Source: an uncultured bacterium (GTDB lineage Bacteria > Patescibacteriota > Minisyncoccia > UBA6257 > 2-01-FULL-56-20). From it: a DNA stretch of 64,000 nt. Where the stretch lies: NCBI GenBank assembly GCA_963705915.1, contig OY970126.1, positions 232,306 to 296,305 on the forward strand. Direction: 5' to 3'. Position 1 is the stretch's first letter, and each line of letters starts with the position of its first letter. The notes under the pieces were generated by a model. It worked only from the letters and a program-made list of their open reading frames with translations, did not search any database and had not been told where the DNA came from. The translations under genes and the position numbers were made by a program. Below, piece after piece: positions 17,638-26,217 of this stretch.

Positions 17638-18960
17638 CTAAATTCTTTGGATGTTTGCGCCAAGTTGTCTAAGGCGCTCGTCCATTTTTTCATATCCCCG
17701 ATCGATCTCTTCCACGCCATCAACTTCAGAGACGCCTTTCGCAACAAGGGCAGCGATGATGTCCACCATGCCCGATCGTAGATCTCGCACGCTGAGGTTT
17801 TTGCTTGTGAGGGGCGTCGCGCCTTTGATGACCGCGAAGTGGTAGCAACCTTTACCCGCAAAACGGCATGGTTCGTTTGGCGGGCATTCTGTTGAAACTT
17901 TCACGTCCGCGCCCATTTCGTTTAAGTCGAGTGCGTAACCGAAACGATCTTCATAAATAGTCTCGTGGATCGTTGAAATACCTTCCGCTTGGGTGAGGAG
18001 CACGGCGAGCGGCTGTTGCCAATCAGTCATATAACCAGGGTGCACGTCGGTACGAATCTCAAGCGGGCGGAGCGCAGGTGGTTTCGCTTGCTCTTTTGAG
18101 GCGGCGAGGCCGGCGAATGCAATGCCATCGTTTGTCACTTCATACTCTGCGCCAAGTCGCCGCACGGTATTCAAAAATGTTATTAGATGTTCCTGAACTG
18201 CATCTTTCACGAAGATTCGGCCGTTCGTTGCGATCGCGAGGCAAGCGAACGAGACCGCTTCGTTGCGGTCGGGAATAATTCTGTGCGAAACGCCATGCAA
18301 CCGCGGAACGCCTTCAATCATGATCGTACGCGGCGGGCAAAGTTCTATGATGGCACCCATTTTTTGGAGCATTTTCATAAGGTCCAAAATCTCAGGTTCG
18401 AGAGCTGCGTTTTTGATGAGCGTTTTCCCATGGGCGAGTACGGCGGCGAGCATGGCGTTTTCCGTTGCTCCAACGCTCGGGAACCTAAGCTCAATCTCCG
18501 CGCCGTGCAACCCATCCGGCGCCCATGCCTGATAGCTGTGCTTTGTGATCTGCATTTTTGCACCAAGCTTGGCGAGAGCTTCAAGATGGATGTCGACCGG
18601 TCGCGGACCGATCTTATCCCCTCCCACGATTGGCACCTCGGCCTCTTTTGCACGTGCAAGAAGCGGGCCGAGTGCAAGAATTGGGATACGATTCCGGCGC
18701 GTGAGCTCCGTTACCTTGCTGTTCTTGATCGTTGGCGTGACAATTTTTGCTGTGCCGCCGGCGATATCGATCTCACTGCCGATATTTTTGAGAAGCTCAG
18801 TGATGATATCGACTTCGTCGATTTGCGGAACGTTCTCAAAAAGACACGGTTCCTCGGTGAGGAGCGAGGCGATCATCATTTTTGAGACCGCATTCTTTGC
18901 ACCAGCGAGTGTTATTTCGCCAAAAAGCGGCTTTCCTCCGTTAACGATAAATTTTGGCAT
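17638..18960 (-). CDS. murA: UDP-N-acetylglucosamine 1-carboxyvinyltransferase
   Basis: GAKNA, GGDKIGPRPVDIH (Asp at the fosfomycin-target Cys position), SVGATEN, DLRSG, IDRGYE. Confidence 0.95.
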   Translation of the reverse strand: MPKFIVNGGKPLFGEITLAGAKNAVSKMMIASLLTEEPCLFENVPQIDEVDIITELLKNIGSEIDIAGGTAKIVTPTIKNSKVTELTRRNRIPILALGPLLARAKEAEVPIVGGDKIGPRPVDIHLEALAKLGAKMQITKHSYQAWAPDGLHGAEIELRFPSVGATENAMLAAVLAHGKTLIKNAALEPEILDLMKMLQKMGAIIELCPPRTIMIEGVPRLHGVSHRIIPDRNEAVSFACLAIATNGRIFVKDAVQEHLITFLNTVRRLGAEYEVTNDGIAFAGLAASKEQAKPPALRPLEIRTDVHPGYMTDWQQPLAVLLTQAEGISTIHETIYEDRFGYALDLNEMGADVKVSTECPPNEPCRFAGKGCYHFAVIKGATPLTSKNLSVRDLRSGMVDIIAALVAKGVSEVDGVEEIDRGYEKMDERLRQLGANIQRI

Positions 18961-20281
18961 GAAGGAATGATTCGAGGTCTTTTATGGCAACGCGTTCTTG
19001 CTTGCCGGTATCGCGGTCGCGCACCGTTACCGTGTCTTTCATGTTTGGATCATCCCCGTCGCCCAGAGTGTCAAAATCGATTGTGATGCAATATGGCGTT
19101 CCGATTTCATCCTGAGAATAATAACGCTTGCCGATGTTGCCGCGATCATCCCACGCAACAAAAAATTTCTTGCGGAGATCGTTGTAAATTCCTCGAGCTT
19201 TTTCGACGAGCACCGGCTTGTTTGCGAGCAATGGGAAAATCGCAGCCTTGTATGGCGCGAGTTTTGGTGGAAGTTTTAGGAAGATCCGGTCATCTGATTC
19301 CGTGTAGGCGTCGAGCAGGGTGACGAGCACTGATCGGTCGAGGCCGAACGCCGGCTCGATCACATGCGGCCAAAACGCCTCGCCGGTTTGGGGATCTTTG
19401 TATGGTGCATCTTTATAATGACGTTTCAAATCAAAATCGGTGCGATACGCTAAGCCGTAGAGTTCCTTGCGGCCGAATGGATAGTCATATTCAAAATCAA
19501 TTGTTCGTTTGGAGTAGTGAGCTAAATCCCCTTTCTCGATATCATTCTCGTGAACATGAGATTTCTCAATGCCAAGGTCGTCCGTTATCCATGCCCAAAT
19601 TTCTTTTCGCCACATTTCAAAGAATGATTCCCAGTCGGCGTCGCGCATTGGTGCAGGGATAAAATATTCGAGTTCCATAAGCTCGAACTCACGCGTCCGG
19701 AAAATGAAATTCCCTGGCGTTATCTCATTGCGAAATGCCTTGCCGCTTTGCGCGATCCCGAATGGCAGGTTTTTCCTCGCCGTATCAACGACGTTTTTGA
19801 AATCGACGAACATAGCTTGGGCCGTTTCGGGGCGGAAATAAACTTCATTGGATTTTTCTTCGGCGGGACCCAAGAAAGTTTTCAACATCAAATTAAATTG
19901 CTTTGCTTCAGTGAACGTGTTCTTTTTTCCGCAATTCGGACATGCTGCCTTCGTATCAATTTGATCTTCACGAAAGCGTTCGTGGCAGTTTTTGCATTCA
20001 ACGAGCGGGTCGGTGAAATTCTGAAGGTGTCCGCTTGCCTCCCATACTTTTGGATTCATAATGAGCGCCGAATCAAGGCCGACCATATCGTCGCGGCGAT
20101 GGACGAAACGATCCCACCAGGCGTTTTTAATATTGTTTTTAAGCTCAACGCCGAGCGGGCCGTAGTCCCAGGAATTTGCGAGGCCGCCATAGATTTCGGA
20201 TCCGGGAAAAATAAAACCGCGCCGCTTGGCGAGCGAAACGATTTTTTCCATCAGGCTGTTTTCTTCAGGAGGTTTTTTCAT
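18941..20281 (-). CDS. glyQS: glycine--tRNA ligase (alpha2 homodimeric type)
   Basis: IYGGLANSWDYGPLG, RPETAQ, FRNEITP..FIFRTREF, IGKRY..QDEIGTP. Confidence 0.95.
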   Translation of the reverse strand: MKKPPEENSLMEKIVSLAKRRGFIFPGSEIYGGLANSWDYGPLGVELKNNIKNAWWDRFVHRRDDMVGLDSALIMNPKVWEASGHLQNFTDPLVECKNCHERFREDQIDTKAACPNCGKKNTFTEAKQFNLMLKTFLGPAEEKSNEVYFRPETAQAMFVDFKNVVDTARKNLPFGIAQSGKAFRNEITPGNFIFRTREFELMELEYFIPAPMRDADWESFFEMWRKEIWAWITDDLGIEKSHVHENDIEKGDLAHYSKRTIDFEYDYPFGRKELYGLAYRTDFDLKRHYKDAPYKDPQTGEAFWPHVIEPAFGLDRSVLVTLLDAYTESDDRIFLKLPPKLAPYKAAIFPLLANKPVLVEKARGIYNDLRKKFFVAWDDRGNIGKRYYSQDEIGTPYCITIDFDTLGDGDDPNMKDTVTVRDRDTGKQERVAIKDLESFLHAKIYR

Positions 20282-20291
20282 TGGTATGCCG

Positions 20292-22262
20292 CTATTGCGT
20301 CACCGTTTTGTTATCAACGTGGTCCAGTGATGCATCGTCCGGTAATTGGGTCGTAATCGGCTGATCGGACGCCGAAAGTGTTTCACCGGTAAAGTCATCC
20401 GTCGCCGTGAGCGAGGTCTGTCCGACGAGGTTCACGATCTGCCCAACCTGGTTCACTGCTGGAGTATCGCTTATTTGGAACGTCGCTTCAAGGGGTTGGC
20501 CCAAAACCCCAGTTGTCGCGGCAATATGCGGAATAGTCCAACTCACGAGGCCGGTGCCTGGGTCGTAGACCGGCGTGTCGGACGCAACGCTGCTTGTTGC
20601 GACGCCTGTAAAGGTACTTCCGGACTGCAGATAGGCTGAGACCGTGACGTTGTCGATATCGGTTGCGTAATTTGCAAGCACCCAGCGCACCGTATATTCC
20701 GTCGGCTGATTTACCTTCGGTGGGTATGGACCGGTATTTTTAATGCCCGACGGATCATGGAAAAACCCCTGTGCAGCAACGGTTACATCGCCAGCCACTT
20801 TGGTATCCATTTCTGCAATCGATTGCGTACCGGTGCCGCCTGCAGTGTTCGGCGGAACCGTTGGCGAAGAAATCGTGGCGACGGTTTTCAGGACAAAATC
20901 CTTGTCGCTCGGAAGTTTGATGGGGTAGTTAGCTTTGGCAGCCAATTCAAAATTAACCGACCCCGACTGTCCCGGCGCGAGTGATGCGAGTTGCGGGTCG
21001 GTTGCGGCGTTCCAGGTGATGGTGTCTGAAATCGAATTGAAAGAGCCGTCGCTATGCAATTGTGAAAAATCGAACATCGTTCCGGTAAGCTTGGCGGTGA
21101 TGTTCGGCGCTTGGAACGTGATGTTTGATGTATTCGTGTAAGTGAGTACGTAATTCAGTTCGTTCCCTGCACCTGCGATATAACTTGACGTGCCATTGAG
21201 CGCAATCGATATGGATAGCGGCGCCTGAGCGATCGTCACGTTCGTTGACTGTGTTGCAACCGGATATGTCTGGCCTTCAAACGATCCCTGCAGCGTACCA
21301 TTCAAAGGGTATGGCGCATTTGCCGGGCCGCTGATATTTGCGAGCACCGTAAAGCTGCTTGAGGCGCCTGCGATGACTTTTCCAAGGTCCCATGCGATAG
21401 TTCCAGGTTCATTGGTGCTCCCAGTGACGAGTGGAAGACTACTCGAAACAATCGTGAGTGCTGGTGGATAATTCAGGATAAAGGTTCCATCGGTGAGATC
21501 CTGTGGGCTCTGGTTTGCGTAATTTATGGTAATCGGAAAATTTTGTCCGCTAAATACGTTTGCTGGAACGTTAAAACTGAAGCCGAGCGCCGCGGAACCT
21601 AACGCAATATCAGTTTGTCCTGTGGCTTCGTATTGATTTGCCGTGTTGTTCCCTGAGCTATACGTCATCGTCGCCTGAAGATGTTGAACGCTATTTGGAT
21701 TGGTTGTTGCAATAACGTCGAATGTTGTGCTGCTCGTATTTCCCGCCGCAATGTCGGGAAGATTCACTTCCGCAACCCGCTGGGTTTGCGGCTCGTTTAT
21801 AAAAGAAATTCCAGCGGGCAATAAAACAGAAAGTTGTGCGTCTTGCAGTGTTTGTTCAGAATCATTTGAAAAAGAAACAGTGAGGATGAATGGATCCCCT
21901 ACAAATGTTTGGGTTGGGGCGCTGAGGGTCAACGTGAGTTGCGGGATTGGACGATTTTTTATAAATACCACGATCGCGGCTGCCACGCCAAGCATGATGA
22001 TCAGTCCTGCGGCGAACCAAGCGAGGCCGTGGCCTTTGAATATGGATTTTTTGCCGCCGTCGCCGCCACTCTCACCCCCGCCTCCAGGTTGCTGTATCGG
22101 GGGCTTTTCGGCCGGTTTGTCTTGCGGCTTTTCCGCTCCTGTTGCCGCAGCTGCCGTTGCCTGCGGTCCCGTGAGTGACGAAGGCTGCGGACCCTTTCCA
22201 GGGACGTAGACATATTCTTTCTTTTTGCTGCCCCAAATGGAATTCGGGTTGTAGGTTGCCAT
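20292..22262 (-). CDS. membrane-anchored beta-rich surface protein (DUF11-like repeats)
   Basis: Start moved to ATG 22262; one TM, then Ig-like repeats (WDLG, ITWN, VSWTI); GPYPPKVNQPTEYTVRW motif. Confidence 0.7.
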   Translation of the reverse strand: MATYNPNSIWGSKKKEYVYVPGKGPQPSSLTGPQATAAAATGAEKPQDKPAEKPPIQQPGGGGESGGDGGKKSIFKGHGLAWFAAGLIIMLGVAAAIVVFIKNRPIPQLTLTLSAPTQTFVGDPFILTVSFSNDSEQTLQDAQLSVLLPAGISFINEPQTQRVAEVNLPDIAAGNTSSTTFDVIATTNPNSVQHLQATMTYSSGNNTANQYEATGQTDIALGSAALGFSFNVPANVFSGQNFPITINYANQSPQDLTDGTFILNYPPALTIVSSSLPLVTGSTNEPGTIAWDLGKVIAGASSSFTVLANISGPANAPYPLNGTLQGSFEGQTYPVATQSTNVTIAQAPLSISIALNGTSSYIAGAGNELNYVLTYTNTSNITFQAPNITAKLTGTMFDFSQLHSDGSFNSISDTITWNAATDPQLASLAPGQSGSVNFELAAKANYPIKLPSDKDFVLKTVATISSPTVPPNTAGGTGTQSIAEMDTKVAGDVTVAAQGFFHDPSGIKNTGPYPPKVNQPTEYTVRWVLANYATDIDNVTVSAYLQSGSTFTGVATSSVASDTPVYDPGTGLVSWTIPHIAATTGVLGQPLEATFQISDTPAVNQVGQIVNLVGQTSLTATDDFTGETLSASDQPITTQLPDDASLDHVDNKTVTQ

Positions 22263-22284
22263 AAAAAATCCGACCGTGCGGATA

Positions 22285-22779
22285 TTACAATAATAATACC
22301 GCATCGCGCTCCAGCTTTGAAGCGCAGTTCTCACAAAAATATTCCTGGCGTCGGACGTAGAATGCTGCAACATCGTTGCGCCCGCACGCGGCACATACGG
22401 CCCCTTCTGGATCCCAGCCGAGGACGCTGAGAACGCGCGGCCAGGAGAATGCTTCTTGAAACATTAAACTCCAAAGTTCCGGTTCGGGTTGGCCTTCGGG
22501 GAGTAATTCAGCCAAAAAATGTAGGTCAAGAAACGAAACGGATGAAATCCTGCCCACTTTTAATGCATCCACAATTTGCGTGCCGTGTTGTTCGATATAA
22601 CGCACGCGCGAGACCATCCCCGGCTCCAGGTGTGGAGCAAGTTTGGATGTGATTTTGCGCGAGCTCGTGGTTTTGCCGACCACTTTCCCGAATTGTTCAG
22701 TAAAAAAAGCATACCGCCCATCCAGGTCGCGAAGTGGATCTTTTTTGAGAACGATAGTGTTCGCAACATATTCTTGCAT
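22285..22779 (-). CDS. recO: short DNA repair protein RecO
   Basis: OB-fold N-terminus (IVLK..D..FFTEQFGK..RKITSKLAPHLEP); C-terminal CxxC..CxxC. Confidence 0.75.
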   Translation of the reverse strand: MQEYVANTIVLKKDPLRDLDGRYAFFTEQFGKVVGKTTSSRKITSKLAPHLEPGMVSRVRYIEQHGTQIVDALKVGRISSVSFLDLHFLAELLPEGQPEPELWSLMFQEAFSWPRVLSVLGWDPEGAVCAACGRNDVAAFYVRRQEYFCENCASKLERDAVLLL

Positions 22780-22894
22780 GAGTTCATTTTATCATTTTGT
22801 GCGCAGGCGTGGACGCCTTTCAAACTTCGCCTTACAACAACGCCTTGTTAAGTAAGGGTAATCCTGATATTCTGCAATGAGAAAGCGAGGTTTT

Positions 22895-23071
22895 ATGTAC
22901 GAGTGTCACTGCCCTTGTCACGGAAAGAATGGCGTAGGCATAGCGGACCATTGCAGGCCTTGTTGCGAGCTGTGTCCCCATTGCCACACCAACATCATGA
23001 TTGGATGCATGGAAGCGCACCTCAAAGAAAGTCATCCCGGCGTAGACGCGTCAGCCGTTTTCCCGAGCTAG
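22895..23071 (+). CDS. 58-aa Cys/His-rich putative metal-binding protein
   Basis: GAGGT upstream of the ATG; 9 Cys and 7 His; followed by a terminator. Confidence 0.6.
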   Translation: MYECHCPCHGKNGVGIADHCRPCCELCPHCHTNIMIGCMEAHLKESHPGVDASAVFPS

Positions 23072-23105
23072 CAGCGGAAGCGGCGAAGAAGCCTTCGTAT
23101 CGACC

Positions 23106-23140
23106 AAATCGACGATTCCGTTATCGTCGATTTATTTTTT
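23106..23140 (+). terminator. intrinsic terminator
   Basis: AAATCGACGAT-tccgtt-ATCGTCGATTT then a T-run. Confidence 0.7.
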
Positions 23141-23143
23141 CAT

Positions 23144-23274
23144 CGTGCGCAGGGCAGGATGGCGCGTAAGAACGCGCGGAATTGGTTCGCTCGGAGAAAA
23201 TACAATCTTCCATTCTATTTTCTCCTCGCTGCCAATTCCCGAACCCTGAAGGGTTCTCATCCCGCCTTCATACG
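23144..23274. repeat. structured element containing a 16-bp direct repeat of the tRNA-Tyr 3' end
   Basis: GTGCGCAGGGCAGGAT at 23145-23160 equals 23318-23333; three hairpins inside a closing stem. Confidence 0.6.
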
Positions 23275-23276
23275 AG

Positions 23277-23315
23277 CAACAAAAATGAATGTCTTTTAGA
23301 CATTCATTTTTGTTG
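23277..23315 (-). terminator. perfect inverted repeat directly downstream of tRNA-Tyr
   Basis: CAACAAAAATGAATGTC-tttta-GACATTCATTTTTGTTG. Confidence 0.6.
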
Positions 23316-23402
23316 TGGTGCGCAGGGCAGGATTCGAACCTGCGTAGCCCATTGGGCGACAGATTTACAGTCTGTTGCGATTGGCCGCTCCGCCACCTGC
23401 GC
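23316..23402 (-). tRNA. tRNA-Tyr(GTA)
   Basis: Acceptor GCGCAGG/CCTGCGC, anticodon arm ACAGA-CTGTAAA-TCTGT, long variable arm, GTTCGAATC, encoded CCA. Confidence 0.97.
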
Positions 23403-23444
23403 AGAGCAATATTGTTATACTATGTTTCCGAAAAATACGGAAGG

Positions 23445-23858
23445 TTACACCGGCAAATTGTCGGCGCTGTCGCCGTCTTCCTTGAGGCGGTCTGCTGCGC
23501 GACGGCCAAAGCGGCGCCGGTCCTCCGTGCGACGGTCGCCGCCTGCGATCTCTCGAAAATCGATTACTGATTTTCGTTCCTGCTCGGCCTCCTTTGCTTT
23601 CATTTTTTGGAGATGAGATCCGAGCGTGTTGTCGAGTTTTAATATGACAACTTTTATTTTGCGGAGAAATTTGAAGAGAAATCCATTGAGAGCGATGTCT
23701 ATTTTCTCCGGAATCTGCGAATGAGCCCATCGATCAAGAAACCCACCAACCTTTCCCGTTGTAGGCTCTTCTTCGATCCGCGGTAATGTGCGAACCATAA
23801 GATAGAGCACTGCCGAAAGGCAGACCATGAGAATCGTCGTAAAAACGAATTCAACCAT
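23445..23858 (-). CDS. membrane-anchored hypothetical protein with Arg-rich tail
   Basis: N-terminal TM; C-terminal DRRTEDRRRFGRRAADR; 7 nt downstream of tsf. Confidence 0.7.
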   Translation of the reverse strand: MVEFVFTTILMVCLSAVLYLMVRTLPRIEEEPTTGKVGGFLDRWAHSQIPEKIDIALNGFLFKFLRKIKVVILKLDNTLGSHLQKMKAKEAEQERKSVIDFREIAGGDRRTEDRRRFGRRAADRLKEDGDSADNLPV

Positions 23859-23865
23859 CTGATTA

Positions 23866-24321
23866 TTATACCTCGATCCGATAGAACTGATTCACTGTCA
23901 CGTTCTCCCCTACCTTCGCGATCACGTCGTTCACTAAGTCTCTTACGGTCTTTGATTCATCTTTTATGTAAGGCTGGGCAAGCAGTTCCTCGGTATTCGT
24001 TGGAGCCATAGCTGAGATCTGCATCGCAAGCTCGTGGGCGAGCTTTTGGAATGGTTCTGAACGCACCACGAAATCCGTCTCCGCCCGCAGGTCGAGCAAT
24101 ACGCCGATTCGTTCATTGTGCACATATGAATGCACCAAGCCTGCGCCGGTTTCCCGTCCCGCGCGCTTTTCGACTTTAGCCAAACCTTTCTCGTGTATGA
24201 TTTTTATCGCCGCATCGATGTCGCCGTCGGCCTCAATGAGCGCTTTGCGGCAATCCATCACACCGGCACTCGTCATCTCACGCAGTTTTTGAACCGCTTC
24301 CGCGGAAATATTTTTTGCCAT
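23866..24321 (-). CDS. tsf: elongation factor Ts (short form)
   Basis: VQKLREMT.AGVMDCRKAL, ETDFV; 151 aa. Confidence 0.93.
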   Translation of the reverse strand: MAKNISAEAVQKLREMTSAGVMDCRKALIEADGDIDAAIKIIHEKGLAKVEKRAGRETGAGLVHSYVHNERIGVLLDLRAETDFVVRSEPFQKLAHELAMQISAMAPTNTEELLAQPYIKDESKTVRDLVNDVIAKVGENVTVNQFYRIEV

Positions 24322-24340
24322 GGGTTATAGTATACCAAAC

Positions 24341-25114
24341 CTATGCCGCCTTTGCATCCTCTGCCGCTTTCGCTGCTTGTTGTGCGCGCAACGTCGTCCC
24401 CTCTTGAATTGCTGCTTCAATATTTCCAAGGAACCAATCGATACTGCGTTTTGCTTTGTCGTTTCCAGGGACGAGATAGTCAACTTCATCGGGGTTGGCA
24501 TCAACGTTCGCAAGGGCCACGATCGGTATCTTCTTTAAACGAGCTTCCCGAATCGCCGTTGTGTGGACAACCGGGTCAATCATGATTATTGCATCTGGTT
24601 CGCGGGTCATGTTTTCGAGGCCGCCCATGAGTTCCTCGAGGCGACGCATCTCGCGTTCAAGTTCGAGGCGTTCTTTCTTGGTGTATTTATCGAGAGCTCC
24701 AGAAGCAAAATCGGCACGAAGCTTCTTGAGATATTCAATGCGCTTTGAGATGATCTTGAAATTCGTGATTGCTCCGCCAACCCATCGGGATGACACATAG
24801 GGCATGGAAAACTTCTTTCCGATCTCTACAACCCGCGCTTCTGCCGCCGGAATGGCACCCACAATGAGCACGAGTCCGCCGCTACGCACCTTTTCTTTAA
24901 TGAAAGCGGTGGCAGCTTCGAGCATTTCTGAGGTTCTTTGCAGATTGATAATTTCAATGCCGCCGCGGTTTGCAATGATGAATTGCCGCATCTTGGGGTT
25001 TGTCTTGCTCTTTTTGCGGCCATAAAAAACACCCGCATCCATCATTTCGCGGGAAGCTTCTGAGGGATACCCAAGGTCTTGGGTTGTGCCCGGAGCGGTA
25101 ATATCGTTTGCCAT
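24341..25114 (-). CDS. rpsB: 30S ribosomal protein S2
   Basis: AGVFYG..NPKM, RWVGGAITNF, PGND; adjacent to tsf. Confidence 0.95.
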   Translation of the reverse strand: MANDITAPGTTQDLGYPSEASREMMDAGVFYGRKKSKTNPKMRQFIIANRGGIEIINLQRTSEMLEAATAFIKEKVRSGGLVLIVGAIPAAEARVVEIGKKFSMPYVSSRWVGGAITNFKIISKRIEYLKKLRADFASGALDKYTKKERLELEREMRRLEELMGGLENMTREPDAIIMIDPVVHTTAIREARLKKIPIVALANVDANPDEVDYLVPGNDKAKRSIDWFLGNIEAAIQEGTTLRAQQAAKAAEDAKAA

Positions 25115-25152
25115 ACGAAGGATAGTATAGCAAATCGGACGAATTGGTCAAC

Positions 25153-26199
25153 CTAGAATGCGCGGGAGAGGAAAAAGACTACGAGGCCAAGTGCACAGAA
25201 AATTGCCGAGATGATCCAAAAGCGCATGGTCACCTGCGACTCGGGCCAGCCAAGGGCTTCAAAATGGTGATGGATCGGCGTCGAGCGGAACACTTTTTTG
25301 CCACGCAGTTTTTTGGAAATAACCTGAATGATCACGGAGAGCGATTCGATCACAAGAATAAAAGCAAAAAATGGGAGGATAAGCGTTGTGTTTGTGAGCA
25401 TGGCGATCACGCCGATCGTGACGCCGAGCGACATGGAACCCGTGTCGCCCATGAAGAACTTTGCGGGATAGATGTTGTACCAAAGAAATGCGAGCAACGC
25501 GCCAATCATCGTTCCGCCAAACGCTGCAAGATTGTAGCGATGCAAGACGAAGGCAACGGTTGTAAGCGCGACGAATGCAAAAAGCGAAACGCCACCCAGG
25601 AGTCCGTCGAGGCCGTCGGTTTCGTTCGCCGAAAATGCGCTTGCGAAGATGATGAAGATGAATATGGGAATATACCACCAGCCGATCGTTATATTTCCGA
25701 CGAACGGCACAAAAAGCACATCCCATTGGAGCCTGAAATAGAACCACCATGCGCCGATGATGGCCATGATGAAATATAAGACCGACTTCTGACGGATTTT
25801 GAGGCCTCCGCCGTTTGCGCCGCCGAGCTTGAGGACGCCGAGCCAATCATCGAGAAGGCCGAGCAGCGCGGCGCCTGCAAGCGCGGCGAGCGGTAAATAG
25901 GTCTCAGCCCGGTTTATAAAATCAAAGTAGTTCCAGAAACCCCCGAAGAAATGGTCGAGAAGTCCAAAAAAGATGGCCATACCGAGCACCGTTGACCAGA
26001 TAATGATGCCACCCCCCGTCGGAGTCCCAACCTTATTTTTATGGAGGTTATGGAAAACGGGTGTCTTTGTATCGTCGCGGAGGTTTTTCCCGAAGTTCTT
26101 ATTCTTGAGGAACGTAAACCAAAATGGAGTTACGAAAAGAGCTGTGAAAAATGCGATAGTGGCAAGGATGGTAACGCGTACGGTTTCGGCGACGAGCAT
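25153..26199 (-). CDS. mraY: phospho-N-acetylmuramoyl-pentapeptide transferase
   Basis: GTPTGGG, LDD, NETDGLDGL, FMGDTGS, PIHHHFE..GWPE. Confidence 0.95.
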   Translation of the reverse strand: MLVAETVRVTILATIAFFTALFVTPFWFTFLKNKNFGKNLRDDTKTPVFHNLHKNKVGTPTGGGIIIWSTVLGMAIFFGLLDHFFGGFWNYFDFINRAETYLPLAALAGAALLGLLDDWLGVLKLGGANGGGLKIRQKSVLYFIMAIIGAWWFYFRLQWDVLFVPFVGNITIGWWYIPIFIFIIFASAFSANETDGLDGLLGGVSLFAFVALTTVAFVLHRYNLAAFGGTMIGALLAFLWYNIYPAKFFMGDTGSMSLGVTIGVIAMLTNTTLILPFFAFILVIESLSVIIQVISKKLRGKKVFRSTPIHHHFEALGWPESQVTMRFWIISAIFCALGLVVFFLSRAF

Positions 26200-26217
26200 A
26201 GAAATGTTAAAAAATCA

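Noticed and set aside
23145-23333. Prophage or genomic island integrated at tRNA-Tyr
   Set aside because: Only ~157 bp lie between the direct repeats and there is no integrase or phage gene; kept as a small-element finding instead.
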